In this document: positions 8,558 to 16,923 of the stretch, piece after piece
How the letters are laid out: each line of letters begins with the position of its first letter
Position numbering within the stretch: the first letter of the stretch is position 1
Origin: an uncultured virus (IMG/VR IMGVR_UViG_2630968701_000001)
Taxonomy: Duplodnaviria; Heunggongvirae; Uroviricota; Caudoviricetes
DNA length: 20,000 bases
Reading direction: 5' to 3' (one strand)
Virus record (IMG/VR): IMGVR_UViG_2630968701_000001
Position numbers and translations under genes: made by a program
The notes under the pieces: generated by a model
Seen by the model: the letters and a program-made list of their open reading frames with translations, nothing else
Told to the model about the DNA's origin: nothing
Database searches by the model: none

Positions 8558-9721
8558 TTAATATCCCATTTGTCTCAAAGTCCCGATCAAATTCATATAG
8601 TACCCTCTTACATTATTAAAAATGCTAGGAAGATTGTCATTCTGTGTTCCTGGAATGATCTTCAATGTCTCTAATCCTGAAAAATATTGGATGATATCTG
8701 GTTTCCATACAGCAGATAATCCACCTGTTGGAATCAGATAATCGCAGTTAAATAAAGCATTGTAAACGGAACACAACTTATCTAAAGCTTCATTGCATAC
8801 TTCATTGCAAGATTCTTCCAAAAGATTTGCAAATGGGACATCTTTTGAAATTGGTCTTCCATTTTTTCGACTCTTGATACGTATATTCCCAGTTTTTAGA
8901 TTTGACTGCATGGAAGCGATCGGGATATCTTCATTATATTGCTCCTGTATTTTTTTTCTTGTTTTGTTTAAGATTTCTTTCATGCTCAGTTCATTGAAGG
9001 TACTTTGATCTTCAATTGTCTGATTTTTGATATAAAATGTATCACATGTCCCAAATCCTGGATCAAAAATGATGAGATTTGAGCTCCACAGTTTCTTTGC
9101 TTCTGGAACCTGACGACCATTTCGATCGAAAGATACGCTGAATAAAGTGCCCATTGGCTGTGGCATGATCGCAATATCCTGTTTTGTGATCTGAAAATCA
9201 AATTCTTTCCATGGATCTTCCCCGACCTTCATGCGAAAATGGTGCTTTCCAGACATAGATTCAACCAGATCTTCTTTGTCTGTCATATATTTTGGTGGTA
9301 ATCCAGTTTGAATTTTGATCGAACGCCCTGATGGGCCACCATACTGATTATCAAACATTCCCATAGCTAATCCACATCTTGTGATCACTTTAAACATTGG
9401 AGAAAAATATCTTTTTCTTCCATATAATTCAGACTCGCTATCATGTTCATCTGCCATTTCCTGTGCCATTTCTCCTACGATCCAGCTTTCTCCTGTTTCT
9501 AAATCTTCATATAAGATTCTTGTCTTGCTGACTGATCCGATACTAAGCAAAGGCCCTTCTAATTTTTTTGCAAAACTTGGAATACAAGCAGCTGCATTTT
9601 CGCAAAATACTTTGACACTGGAATATCCAATATCAATTGCGATACCCCAAGCTTTTTTTACGCCAACGTTTTTCCGAGGGATGTATAACGTTTTCGTTTT
9701 AAAATCAATCGTGTTAATCAT
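8558..9721 (-). CDS. parM: ParM/StbA family actin-like segregation ATPase
   Basis: Phosphate-1 IDIGYSSVK, TGLP, connect-1 MPQPMG, phosphate-2 IFDPGFGTCD, adenosine TGG, C-terminal NNVRGY. Confidence 0.88.
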   Translation of the reverse strand: MINTIDFKTKTLYIPRKNVGVKKAWGIAIDIGYSSVKVFCENAAACIPSFAKKLEGPLLSIGSVSKTRILYEDLETGESWIVGEMAQEMADEHDSESELYGRKRYFSPMFKVITRCGLAMGMFDNQYGGPSGRSIKIQTGLPPKYMTDKEDLVESMSGKHHFRMKVGEDPWKEFDFQITKQDIAIMPQPMGTLFSVSFDRNGRQVPEAKKLWSSNLIIFDPGFGTCDTFYIKNQTIEDQSTFNELSMKEILNKTRKKIQEQYNEDIPIASMQSNLKTGNIRIKSRKNGRPISKDVPFANLLEESCNEVCNEALDKLCSVYNALFNCDYLIPTGGLSAVWKPDIIQYFSGLETLKIIPGTQNDNLPSIFNNVRGYYMNLIGTLRQMGY

Positions 9722-9769
9722 ATGCTTTCTCCTTTATATAAAATTTGATTTGATTTTTCTTTTCAATAT

Positions 9770-9815
9770 AAATATGAAAGATTTCAAAAGAAAAAATTTT
9801 CACATATAAAAAAAA
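9770..9815 (-). promoter_or_regulatory. TCATATTT motif with TTATATGTG box (class A) before parM
   Basis: AAATATGA at 9770 and CACATATAA at 9801 (offset 31). Confidence 0.7.
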
Positions 9816-9838
9816 GCTCCAAAAGTAAGGAACTTTTT
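9808..9838 (-). terminator. Probable terminator after the OB-fold gene
   Basis: Minus strand AAAAAGTTCC-loop-GGAGCTTTTTTTT. Confidence 0.6.
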
Positions 9839-9845
9839 CTTATGA

Positions 9846-10451
9846 TTACATGATTGTGATACGATCGATCATGACATCCTGATAATGAACTATCTTTCCA
9901 TCATGTTCTTTTTGTTGATTTGTCAGATAGCATTCCAGATGAAGCTGATCACCAACTCTTAATTTATCAACGACACGCTGCGCATTTGGCATATTACGAT
10001 AACAAGTAACATAGCTTCTTCGATCATCTATAATAGTTAAAATCGTCATACGAACGATATTTCCAGATAATCTATAAATATTAACCAGTTCTCCTTCTAA
10101 GACCCCACGGTTGATCGGGTTTGGAAATCTTGATAGTTCATCAAAATCTCCAGGGATCGGATCAACTCTCTCCAGTGTTTGAACAAAAGATTCCTGATGG
10201 TATCTCTTTCCTGTAGACCCGTCTTCATTTCTCACATCATTGACATAGGATTGAATCTTAATCGTTGCTTTTACATACAATCCTTTTCGGAATTGTCCAT
10301 CTTTGTATTGCTGAAATACATTCCCAGTAAGTAATACCATCGGTGCATCTACCGTATCCTGAAAGCCTCCCGGCTTAATCATAATGTTTCCGCGAGTTTC
10401 TGCCAGATTTTCAAAGACAATAAATCCTTGAAGTACAAATTCATTCTTCAT
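9846..10451 (-). CDS. Tandem OB-fold SSB-like protein (~201 aa)
   Basis: Two SSB-like repeats (NEFVLQGFI..FRKGLYVKATIKIQSY; NRGVLEGEL..LRVGDQLHLECYL). Start placed at MKNEFVLQG because ATG 10520 lies only 3 nt past the promoter motif; the start is uncertain. Confidence 0.65.
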   Translation of the reverse strand: MKNEFVLQGFIVFENLAETRGNIMIKPGGFQDTVDAPMVLLTGNVFQQYKDGQFRKGLYVKATIKIQSYVNDVRNEDGSTGKRYHQESFVQTLERVDPIPGDFDELSRFPNPINRGVLEGELVNIYRLSGNIVRMTILTIIDDRRSYVTCYRNMPNAQRVVDKLRVGDQLHLECYLTNQQKEHDGKIVHYQDVMIDRITIM

Positions 10452-10523
10452 AATTAAAAATGAGTAGCTGATACTACTTTTCTCCTTTCTTAAATTTATT
10501 TTGGAAATATTTCCTTTCATTAC

Positions 10524-10554
10524 AAATATGAGAGATTTGATTTAAAAAATGAGC
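10524..10554 (-). promoter_or_regulatory. TCATATTT motif (class B, CTCATTTTTT upstream box)
   Basis: AAATATGAGAGATTTGA at 10524 and ATGAG at 10549 (offset 25); near-identical to the copy at 19967. Confidence 0.7.
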
Positions 10555-10557
10555 ATT

Positions 10558-10584
10558 AAAAAAGAGGGCAACTGCCCTCCTTTT
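10558..10584 (-). terminator. Intrinsic terminator after the SMC-like gene
   Basis: GAGGGC-4 nt-GCCCTC stem followed by T6 on the minus strand. Confidence 0.8.
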
Positions 10585-10587
10585 GCA

Positions 10588-12392
10588 TCAATAAATAAAA
10601 TCAATACAATTTTGATAATTACTTAATACATTGCGAAAATCTGAATTAAGAACGGTGCCAATAAAGATATGATCATAGTACTTCTGAAATTCCGGATTTG
10701 TGATCATCTGAATAAAATGTTCAAATGTCTGTACATCCAGATCATTTAGATCATCTAAAAACATCAATCTTGCTCCTGAAAGAATATTTAATAGATCAAG
10801 GATTAAAAAAGCGATGATCTTCTTTTCTCCAGTTGATAACTGTTCATATTCTAAACATTCATTGGTTCCCTGTTTATATACACGATAAGAAATCCCATCA
10901 TCTAACACGAACTGTATATTTAAATCAATATTTAATAACTGAATACGTGCTGCGATTGTCTGATTAAACAGATTTAGATAATATTCTGTGATCTTTTCAA
11001 TTGCGATTCCATCCATTGCAAGGAATTTGATCAGTTTCTGGTAATATTCATGGAGCTCTTTTTGTTTTTTCAGATTATTTTGACTTTGAAGGTGTTGCTC
11101 ATATTTTAAACGCTCTTGAAATTCCATCATGAGTGCATCTTTTTTTGCCTTAAAGTCATAATTTTTAGAGATTTTAGGACCATTTGTTTCCTGAACTGAA
11201 GCTTGATAAACTTTCTTATGTTCTTCTAATTGATTTTGCTTTAAAGCCAGTTCTTGGTTATATTTTTCAGCCTCTAATAATTTTTGATAATATGCCTCAT
11301 AATCTGTGATCGTCTTTGTCGCCTTTTCAATATTTGCTTTAATTTCCAGATTATTCTGTTGCAGAGACTGTATGGTGTTCTGCATTTCTCGAATGACTGC
11401 TGATTTATCTGTCTGGCAGACAATATCCTGATGTAGAGGACACTGACTTTTCTGCATAGAAGCAATATACTGATTCATTTTCTGAATCGTATTATCATTG
11501 ATTCTTAACTGACTTTCCATAGGACGTTTATAATTATATAGCTGTTGAACATAATGATAGATATCCTGAGACTTATACTTTAACTCTACTAGTTTCTTTC
11601 CCTGTAATTCTGTTTGTAAACTTTGAATAATTTGTAATAATTGCTGATTCGTTTTTTTCTTTTTTCTGCAGCAATATACTGTGCTTCAAGATTACTGGTC
11701 TTACTCAGATCTGCCTGAATTACTTCCTGTGTTCGAGTTGTAGCACCATGATGCTCCTGCATATAAGTCTGGATCAACGCTTCTAAACGTTCGATTTCTC
11801 TTTTGGTGGAAAGATCCAGATCACGAAACTGCTTATATATGTTTTTGATGTCTGGAATGGTAATCTCATTTTGATCTTTTACTTGTGCCCTTAACAGATT
11901 TTTTTCAGCTTCTACTAATGTTGGATCAAACTTTAACAACTGATCCAGATTCAGTTTTTCTGGAATATACTTTACAAGGAAATCACTAAATTCTCTCGGT
12001 TTTAAGTGTGTCATAACATCAGAAGATGTTACGATCTGAAAATCAGAAATGGGCATATTCATAATACTTGAAATAAACTGATTTCCATCTGCGATTTTTG
12101 TTGTTTTCCCGTTGATCTTTAATTGATTGGGTTTTTGTCTTGGGATCTTACGTAAAATAGAAACCATGTTTTGATCTCTATCCAACGTCTCAATTTGAAT
12201 TTCTGCATATTCTTTCCCATTTTGAACATTCGTTTTATCAATATTTCCTGTCAATCCTGTATATAATGCGGAAAAGAAACTACTCTTTCCTCTTCCGTTT
12301 GGTCCAGACAGGCATGCGATACGATTCTGTGGCTCATATTCTAAATGGTCGATCGCACGATAATTCTCAATTCCGATTTTTGTAAAAATCAT
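10588..12392 (-). pseudogene. Rad50/SbcC-like (SMC-family) ATPase split by a single -1 frameshift near 11652-11665
   Basis: N-half from ATG 12392 (MIFTKIGIENY, Walker A GPNGRGKS). C-half has coiled coil, CPLHQDIVC, signature LSTGEK and Walker B LMFLDDLNDLD. The C-half frame is open back to the A6-G-A7 tract; adding one A gives a single ~601-aa ORF. Confidence 0.8.
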
Positions 12393-12432
12393 ATATTTCT
12401 CCTTTTCTCTGTTCGTCATTTTGTTACATATA

Positions 12433-12477
12433 AAATATGAGAGATATAGAAAAAAATAAAAAACCACATATAAAAAA
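12433..12477 (-). promoter_or_regulatory. TCATATTT motif with TTATATGTG box (class A) before the SMC-like gene
   Basis: AAATATGA at 12433 and CACATATAA at 12465 (offset 32). Confidence 0.7.
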
Positions 12478-12494
12478 GGCCCAAATAGGACCTT
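12472..12494 (-). terminator. Intrinsic terminator after the 195-aa gene
   Basis: Minus strand AAGGTCC-TATTT-GGGCCTT followed by TTTT; same stem sequence as the terminator at 2659-2686. Confidence 0.7.
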
Positions 12495-13080
12495 AATTAT
12501 AGCAGCGTAGGATTCTGCTTTGAGGATAATCATGATACATTTTCTCTTCTCCTGCGAGAATGACAGCAGGTTGATATTGATTTGTACCATCTGGCAATCG
12601 AATTGGCTGCATTCGTTGCAACTGTTCTTTGGAAATCACATCATCATACACCATAAGACTCATCCATTTTGTCTCTTTTTCATTGATCGGCATATGTAAA
12701 CAAGCAACTCCATTCTTAAACTGTTTGATTTTCGTTACTTTTCCAACATAAAGATTTCGTTCTGGAAGATTATGTTTCTCATCTTTATAAAACTTCATCT
12801 GTCCTTGGAATAGAAATTGATTTACATAAATCTTTTGATCATGCATACTTGCCTTAATAAAGATTTTACATCCCGGACGAATATTTGCATTTCTCATCTT
12901 ATCAACCATTCGATTGAACTTGTTATTGATAAAATGAATCGGAATTGTCATATATCGATAACTATTTCCATCAGGAAATAAGCCATAAGCTGAAGCAACA
13001 CAATGATTATTGTCACTGCTTCTTAACTCCATTATCATCACATACATAAAATAGTTATCGGCACCTTGATAAATGATCAT
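12493..13080 (-). CDS. Hypothetical beta-rich protein, possibly a divergent tandem OB-fold
   Basis: 195 aa with AGGAG RBS. Segments IRPGCKIFIKASM and NLYVGKVTKI..WMSLMVYD resemble OB-fold strands. Fold call is weak. Confidence 0.6.
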   Translation of the reverse strand: MIIYQGADNYFMYVMIMELRSSDNNHCVASAYGLFPDGNSYRYMTIPIHFINNKFNRMVDKMRNANIRPGCKIFIKASMHDQKIYVNQFLFQGQMKFYKDEKHNLPERNLYVGKVTKIKQFKNGVACLHMPINEKETKWMSLMVYDDVISKEQLQRMQPIRLPDGTNQYQPAVILAGEEKMYHDYPQSRILRCYN

Positions 13081-13127
13081 ATTTTATTTTCTCCTGTCAT
13101 TATGATTATAGTTAATTTTCGATATTC

Positions 13128-14189
13128 TTATTCATTCATTAAGATATACCCAAGCAACTGACAGGCTCTTTCATGCAGATCAGTTTTCAAGCTCATAGAT
13201 TCTAGCATTCTTTCAGATTCACGGATCATTTCATCTTTTGAACGTTCAATGCCACCTTTCCATGATGGGAAGATCTGTTTTAATCGTTTCTTGCCAAGAA
13301 TGTTGTAAATTTTAGAATCTTTTGCACTTTTCAGAACATCTTTTGTATAGTTTTCTTTTAGATTCTTTCTAGCAATGTCAAAACATTCTTCTTTCGCAAA
13401 CAATTCTTCTGCAATATCCTGACCGATCAACTTTTTGGTATGCTTCTTTACAACACCATCTAACGGAATCATGATCGATCCCTTTTTCAATACAAATTTA
13501 CAGCGAAAACTACTTGTCATTACATTTGATGTTTGAATAAACACTCCAAGTTCATATCCATTCACAGTTGGAAGTCCTCGAAACTGGCAAAAGATTTTGA
13601 TCAATTGATCACTCATTTCCCATTCACAACCAGACATTTTCCCATATCGTTTTTCACATTCAGCCAAAAGATCAGGGATCAGATTCTCATCTTCTTTTGT
13701 GTAATAATCTCCTGCAACGCCATACAAGAAAACACGATTATTTTTTCTTTTTGTGATAAAACGAAGATTGATCGGTTTTGCAAATTCCTTTGCTAAAACG
13801 ACATTTCTTGCAAATCCTGGTTCAAAGAAGAATTTTCCTTTGATTCCCAATAATTGCGAAAAAGTGATCATAAGATCTGCTGTTGGCCATAATGCGATCT
13901 CTGCAACATTATCTCGCAGCACATACTGTTCTTTTTTCACTTCATCAATCACCTCTGGATTTTCTGCCTTCAATTCGTCTACTGGAACTCGTACTCCATG
14001 AATACGACATTGTTCATCAAAAACATTTTCTCCATTGATCATTGCAAAAATTAATTGATTTTCTTCTTCTCCAAGATAAGATAATACAGAAAGATCATTT
14101 GTGAATACTTCATACTCCTGTATTCCCTCATAATTTACATGTAAAAACTCCAAGAAATCTTTATAATTGTTTTTTCCAGAATAATTCAT
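13128..14189 (-). CDS. Hypothetical protein, DUF932-like
   Basis: 353 aa with AGGAGG RBS. Pattern LRF..LYGVAGDYY....GVFIQTSNVMTSSF....KKHT is reminiscent of DUF932 proteins of mobile elements. Family call is tentative. Confidence 0.55.
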   Translation of the reverse strand: MNYSGKNNYKDFLEFLHVNYEGIQEYEVFTNDLSVLSYLGEEENQLIFAMINGENVFDEQCRIHGVRVPVDELKAENPEVIDEVKKEQYVLRDNVAEIALWPTADLMITFSQLLGIKGKFFFEPGFARNVVLAKEFAKPINLRFITKRKNNRVFLYGVAGDYYTKEDENLIPDLLAECEKRYGKMSGCEWEMSDQLIKIFCQFRGLPTVNGYELGVFIQTSNVMTSSFRCKFVLKKGSIMIPLDGVVKKHTKKLIGQDIAEELFAKEECFDIARKNLKENYTKDVLKSAKDSKIYNILGKKRLKQIFPSWKGGIERSKDEMIRESERMLESMSLKTDLHERACQLLGYILMNE

Positions 14190-14264
14190 TTTTTCCTCCT
14201 ATTCGACCATTGCTCGTCACTTCAATGATCATTTCTCTCTATTCGTCATTTTTAGTATCAATTA

Positions 14265-14309
14265 AAATATGAGAGATTTCGTGCAAAATAATTTTCACAT
14301 ATAAAAAAA
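14265..14309 (-). promoter_or_regulatory. TCATATTT motif with TTATATGTG box (class A) before the DUF932-like gene
   Basis: AAATATGA at 14265 and CACATATAA at 14296 (offset 31). Confidence 0.7.
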
Positions 14310-14323
14310 TGTGATATTTAAGA

Positions 14324-14337
14324 CGAACATATGTTCT
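14324..14337. promoter_or_regulatory. LexA/DinR SOS (Cheo) box
   Basis: CGAACATATGTTCT matches the Firmicutes consensus CGAACRNRYGTTC; intergenic, just downstream of a sigma-A promoter. Confidence 0.75.
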
Positions 14338-14348
14338 TTTTTCTTTAA

Positions 14349-14377
14349 AAGATATCATTGATATAAAACTTTGTCAA
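14349..14377 (-). promoter_or_regulatory. Sigma-A type promoter
   Basis: Minus strand TTGACA (14377-14372), 17-nt spacer ending in TGa, then TATCTT (14354-14349). Confidence 0.7.
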
Positions 14378-14395
14378 GTCCACTATCTCGTTTAA

Positions 14396-14438
14396 AAAAT
14401 CTCATATTTAAGATGTAACTTGAAAAGACGAAAGGAGA
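14396..14438 (+). promoter_or_regulatory. TCATATTT motif and leader before the SSAP-exonuclease operon
   Basis: AAAATCTCATATTTAAGATGTAAC...GACGAAAGGAG; core at 14402-14409. Confidence 0.65.
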
Positions 14439-14444
14439 ACAGTT

Positions 14445-15197
14445 ATGAATACGATGATACGAAGTAATTATCTGAATACAGACATTCCAGTTCAGATGTA
14501 CGAAGCATACAATGAACGAGAAGAAAAAGTTTTAATCATTACACATGCGTCTTTGGAACATTTTTTATTTGACCAGCTGCCTGCATATATGAGAAATCTC
14601 AAGGTAAGTGTACGCTACTCTTTAGAAACGATCTATGTATCTGATACCGTTGCATCTTTCCTATGCAAGATTGAAGATACCGCCGGAAGAGTTGTATTTA
14701 ATACCGGAGAAAGCGACCGATCTCTTATGAAAAATGACCCGATCGGAATGAAAAACTATATTCGAATTGCAAAAAACAGAGCGATCGATGCAGCACTGAT
14801 CCGCTATCTGGATCTGCCTACGGTTGAGGGAAAAGTTGGAAAGATCTATTCCAGTGCAGAGGATCTAGAAGGGATGACTTATGAAAAAAAACAGCCAAAA
14901 CAGCTGCAATCAATGAATAATTCTCAGCCGATCCAAACAACAAATTATACTCCTCAGCAGAATACAGGTAATTTTATGACTGAACTTACAAATACACCTG
15001 CAGATTGGAGTCAATTTATCATTCAGTTTGGATGGGCAAAAAATCAGCCGATCGAATATGTTTATCAGACAAATGGAGGAAGAGACTGGTTATTAAAAAT
15101 GGTGAGTGAAGCAGAATCTGGGCAGTTAAACTCATCTGAAGGGATAGCTCAGTATCCGATGATCAAAGCATTTTTACATCAGAAAGGAGAATTATAA
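14445..15197 (+). CDS. Putative single-strand annealing protein (Rad52/RecT-like fold) with a small C-terminal domain
   Basis: Core motif TGES....YIRIAKNRAIDAALIRYL..IYSSAE resembles the SSAP 'MA.KRA..RA....Y..EE' helix. Q/N-rich linker; C-terminal IQFGWAKNQPI..DWLL resembles the 'FGK..G..l....YL.W' domain. Confidence 0.55.
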   Translation: MNTMIRSNYLNTDIPVQMYEAYNEREEKVLIITHASLEHFLFDQLPAYMRNLKVSVRYSLETIYVSDTVASFLCKIEDTAGRVVFNTGESDRSLMKNDPIGMKNYIRIAKNRAIDAALIRYLDLPTVEGKVGKIYSSAEDLEGMTYEKKQPKQLQSMNNSQPIQTTNYTPQQNTGNFMTELTNTPADWSQFIIQFGWAKNQPIEYVYQTNGGRDWLLKMVSEAESGQLNSSEGIAQYPMIKAFLHQKGEL

Positions 15198-15198
15198 T

Positions 15199-16092
15199 AT
15201 GTCTTCTAAATTTAATTTCTTAAAGCAGGATTTAACTGCAATGACACAAGATAAAGATTTCTTTTGTTTTGATGTAGAAACAACTGGATTAAGTCCATCT
15301 GATAATCGGATCATTCAGTTATCTATGATTCATGGTCGATTTGAAGGGATCAAACCTGTTGAAATTGATCGAATGAATTTTTACATCAATCCAGGAAAGG
15401 GACATCTTCCATTACCTGACAAGATTGTGGATTTAACCGGAATCACAACAGAAACTGTAATGAATCAAGGAATTTCAGAGCAGGAAGCGGTTCAAAGAAT
15501 TCAGAATTTTTTTGGAGAATATAAGATCAATCTAACTGGATGGAATGTAAGTTTTGACTGCAAATTTTTAACAAGCTTATATGCCAGACAGTTATTAGAA
15601 TTTGAGCCAAATCTAGTCGTAGATGCGATGCAGATTGCAAAACAAAGGATTCCAAAAACAGAAATTAAAAATTACAAATTGATTACTGTGGCTGAAAATT
15701 TTCATTTAGACGATGGAATTTCTTTTCATGATTCTATGGAGGATACACATGTAACGTTTTTAATCTTTAATATACTTTCTCAGGAATTATTAGAAGAGGA
15801 AGAAAATTCTGAACCGCTACAACTCATTAAACCGATTGTTTATAAGATGGAAAGCTGGTCACATTTCTACAGTCAAACATCTATGATCAAAAGAATTTAT
15901 CTGGATACAAGCGTAGGATCCATTTTTTACGATCAATATAAAGATGAGTTTGGCGCAAAATCAAAAGAACTGGATCTTGATATGATAGATTCCAATTATT
16001 TAATGGAATTTATGCTATGCTTCACACACACAACAAGAATTGGAGTAAACTCGATTCAGGAATGGAAAGGCCGCATCGAATTCGATAGCTAA
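15199..16092 (+). CDS. DEDDh 3'-5' exonuclease (DnaQ/PolC-exo-like) with C-terminal extension
   Basis: ExoI FDVETTG, ExoII GWNVSFD, ExoIII HDSMED. Confidence 0.9.
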   Translation: MSSKFNFLKQDLTAMTQDKDFFCFDVETTGLSPSDNRIIQLSMIHGRFEGIKPVEIDRMNFYINPGKGHLPLPDKIVDLTGITTETVMNQGISEQEAVQRIQNFFGEYKINLTGWNVSFDCKFLTSLYARQLLEFEPNLVVDAMQIAKQRIPKTEIKNYKLITVAENFHLDDGISFHDSMEDTHVTFLIFNILSQELLEEEENSEPLQLIKPIVYKMESWSHFYSQTSMIKRIYLDTSVGSIFYDQYKDEFGAKSKELDLDMIDSNYLMEFMLCFTHTTRIGVNSIQEWKGRIEFDS

Positions 16093-16098
16093 CAAAAA

Positions 16099-16150
16099 AA
16101 AGTATCTATAAGGGGAAATCAGATCCTTCGTAGATACTTTCTTTTTTTTT
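16099..16150 (+). terminator. Intrinsic terminator after the exonuclease gene
   Basis: AAAGTATCTA(T)AAGG...CCTT(CG)TAGATACTTT followed by C-T9. Confidence 0.8.
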
Positions 16151-16152
16151 AT

Positions 16153-16186
16153 AAAGAAAAAAGAGGATATCATAAAATATCCCCTT
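16153..16186 (-). terminator. Intrinsic terminator on the minus strand
   Basis: AAGGGGATAT-TTTATG-ATATCCTCTT followed by TTTTCTTT. Confidence 0.75.
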
Positions 16187-16284
16187 CTTATACATCACAT
16201 GTTATTGTTTAATTACTGAAATATTACCTTTTCTTCTATAAATTTCAAAACACATCGTGTTATTGTTATGAGGTTTATTTCATT
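16153..16284 (-). ncRNA. Candidate small RNA (~130 nt)
   Basis: Bounded by a sigma-A promoter (16291-16319) and a terminator (16153-16186). No RBS-led ORF; contains an internal direct repeat. Confidence 0.5.
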
Positions 16285-16290
16285 ATCATA

Positions 16291-16319
16291 ATATTAACAT
16301 TACAAATTATTTATGTCAA
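16291..16319 (-). promoter_or_regulatory. Sigma-A type promoter
   Basis: Minus strand TTGACA (16319-16314), 17-nt spacer ending in TGt, then TAATAT (16296-16291). Confidence 0.6.
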
Positions 16320-16465
16320 GTGTCCAGGTTTTTGTTTTTTGAAAACACTGCATCCATGTTCTTTTTCAGTTTTGGATATTTTGCAACTTTCCCTGTTGGC
16401 TGAAATTCAACTTTCTTTGGTTGAGTTTTATGTATTTTTCTCGCCTTAACACATCCATCTTTCAT
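16316..16465 (-). CDS. Small Lys-rich hypothetical protein (49 aa)
   Basis: Not in the ORF track. MKDGCVKARKIHKTQPKKVEFQPTGKVAKYPKLKKNMDAVFSKNKNLDT; ATGA start/stop overlap with the signal peptidase gene and AGGGGA upstream. Confidence 0.5.
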   Translation of the reverse strand: MKDGCVKARKIHKTQPKKVEFQPTGKVAKYPKLKKNMDAVFSKNKNLDT

Positions 16466-16923
16466 CGAACAATCCCCTGAATCTGTTTCTTGCTGATCGG
16501 ACCAAAATATCTTCCATCATAACTTTTTTTGAAATTATCTCCAATGATCAGATATTGATCTTTCTTTAAAGTCACTTTATCAAACTTCTTTGCCTCAATC
16601 CCATGATAATCATAAAATTTTGCTTCTTCACCATTCACATAAAGTGTGTTGCTTTTAAATTCTACCGTATCTCCAGGAACACCAGCAATTCGTTTGATCA
16701 GTTCGATTCCTTCATTTTTCGCAATAATGATCTGTCCTCTATGATAATTATGAGACCATTTTTTTACAAACACATAATTCCCATCTTTAATCGTAGGATC
16801 CATAGAACATCCAGAAACATGGGATATCTGGAATACGAAATGTGATAAAAGTATTCCTAAAAATAACGGAAATAAGATCATAAGCAGCATTTTAATGCTT
16901 TCTTTTGCATTGGCTGTTTTCAT
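16462..16923 (-). CDS. lepB: Signal peptidase I (S26 family)
   Basis: N-terminal TM helix, catalytic VSGCSMDPT, LIKRIAGVPGD, GDNFKKSYDGRYFGPI. Confidence 0.92.
   Translation of the reverse strand: MKTANAKESIKMLLMILFPLFLGILLSHFVFQISHVSGCSMDPTIKDGNYVFVKKWSHNYHRGQIIIAKNEGIELIKRIAGVPGDTVEFKSNTLYVNGEEAKFYDYHGIEAKKFDKVTLKKDQYLIIGDNFKKSYDGRYFGPISKKQIQGIVR

Noticed and set aside
9722..9845. Search for a parC iteron array upstream of parM
   Set aside because: Only A/T runs and the shared promoter motif; no periodic repeats discernible
16192..16267. Direct repeat considered as a CRISPR array
   Set aside because: Only two short (10-17 nt) imperfect copies and no cas genes
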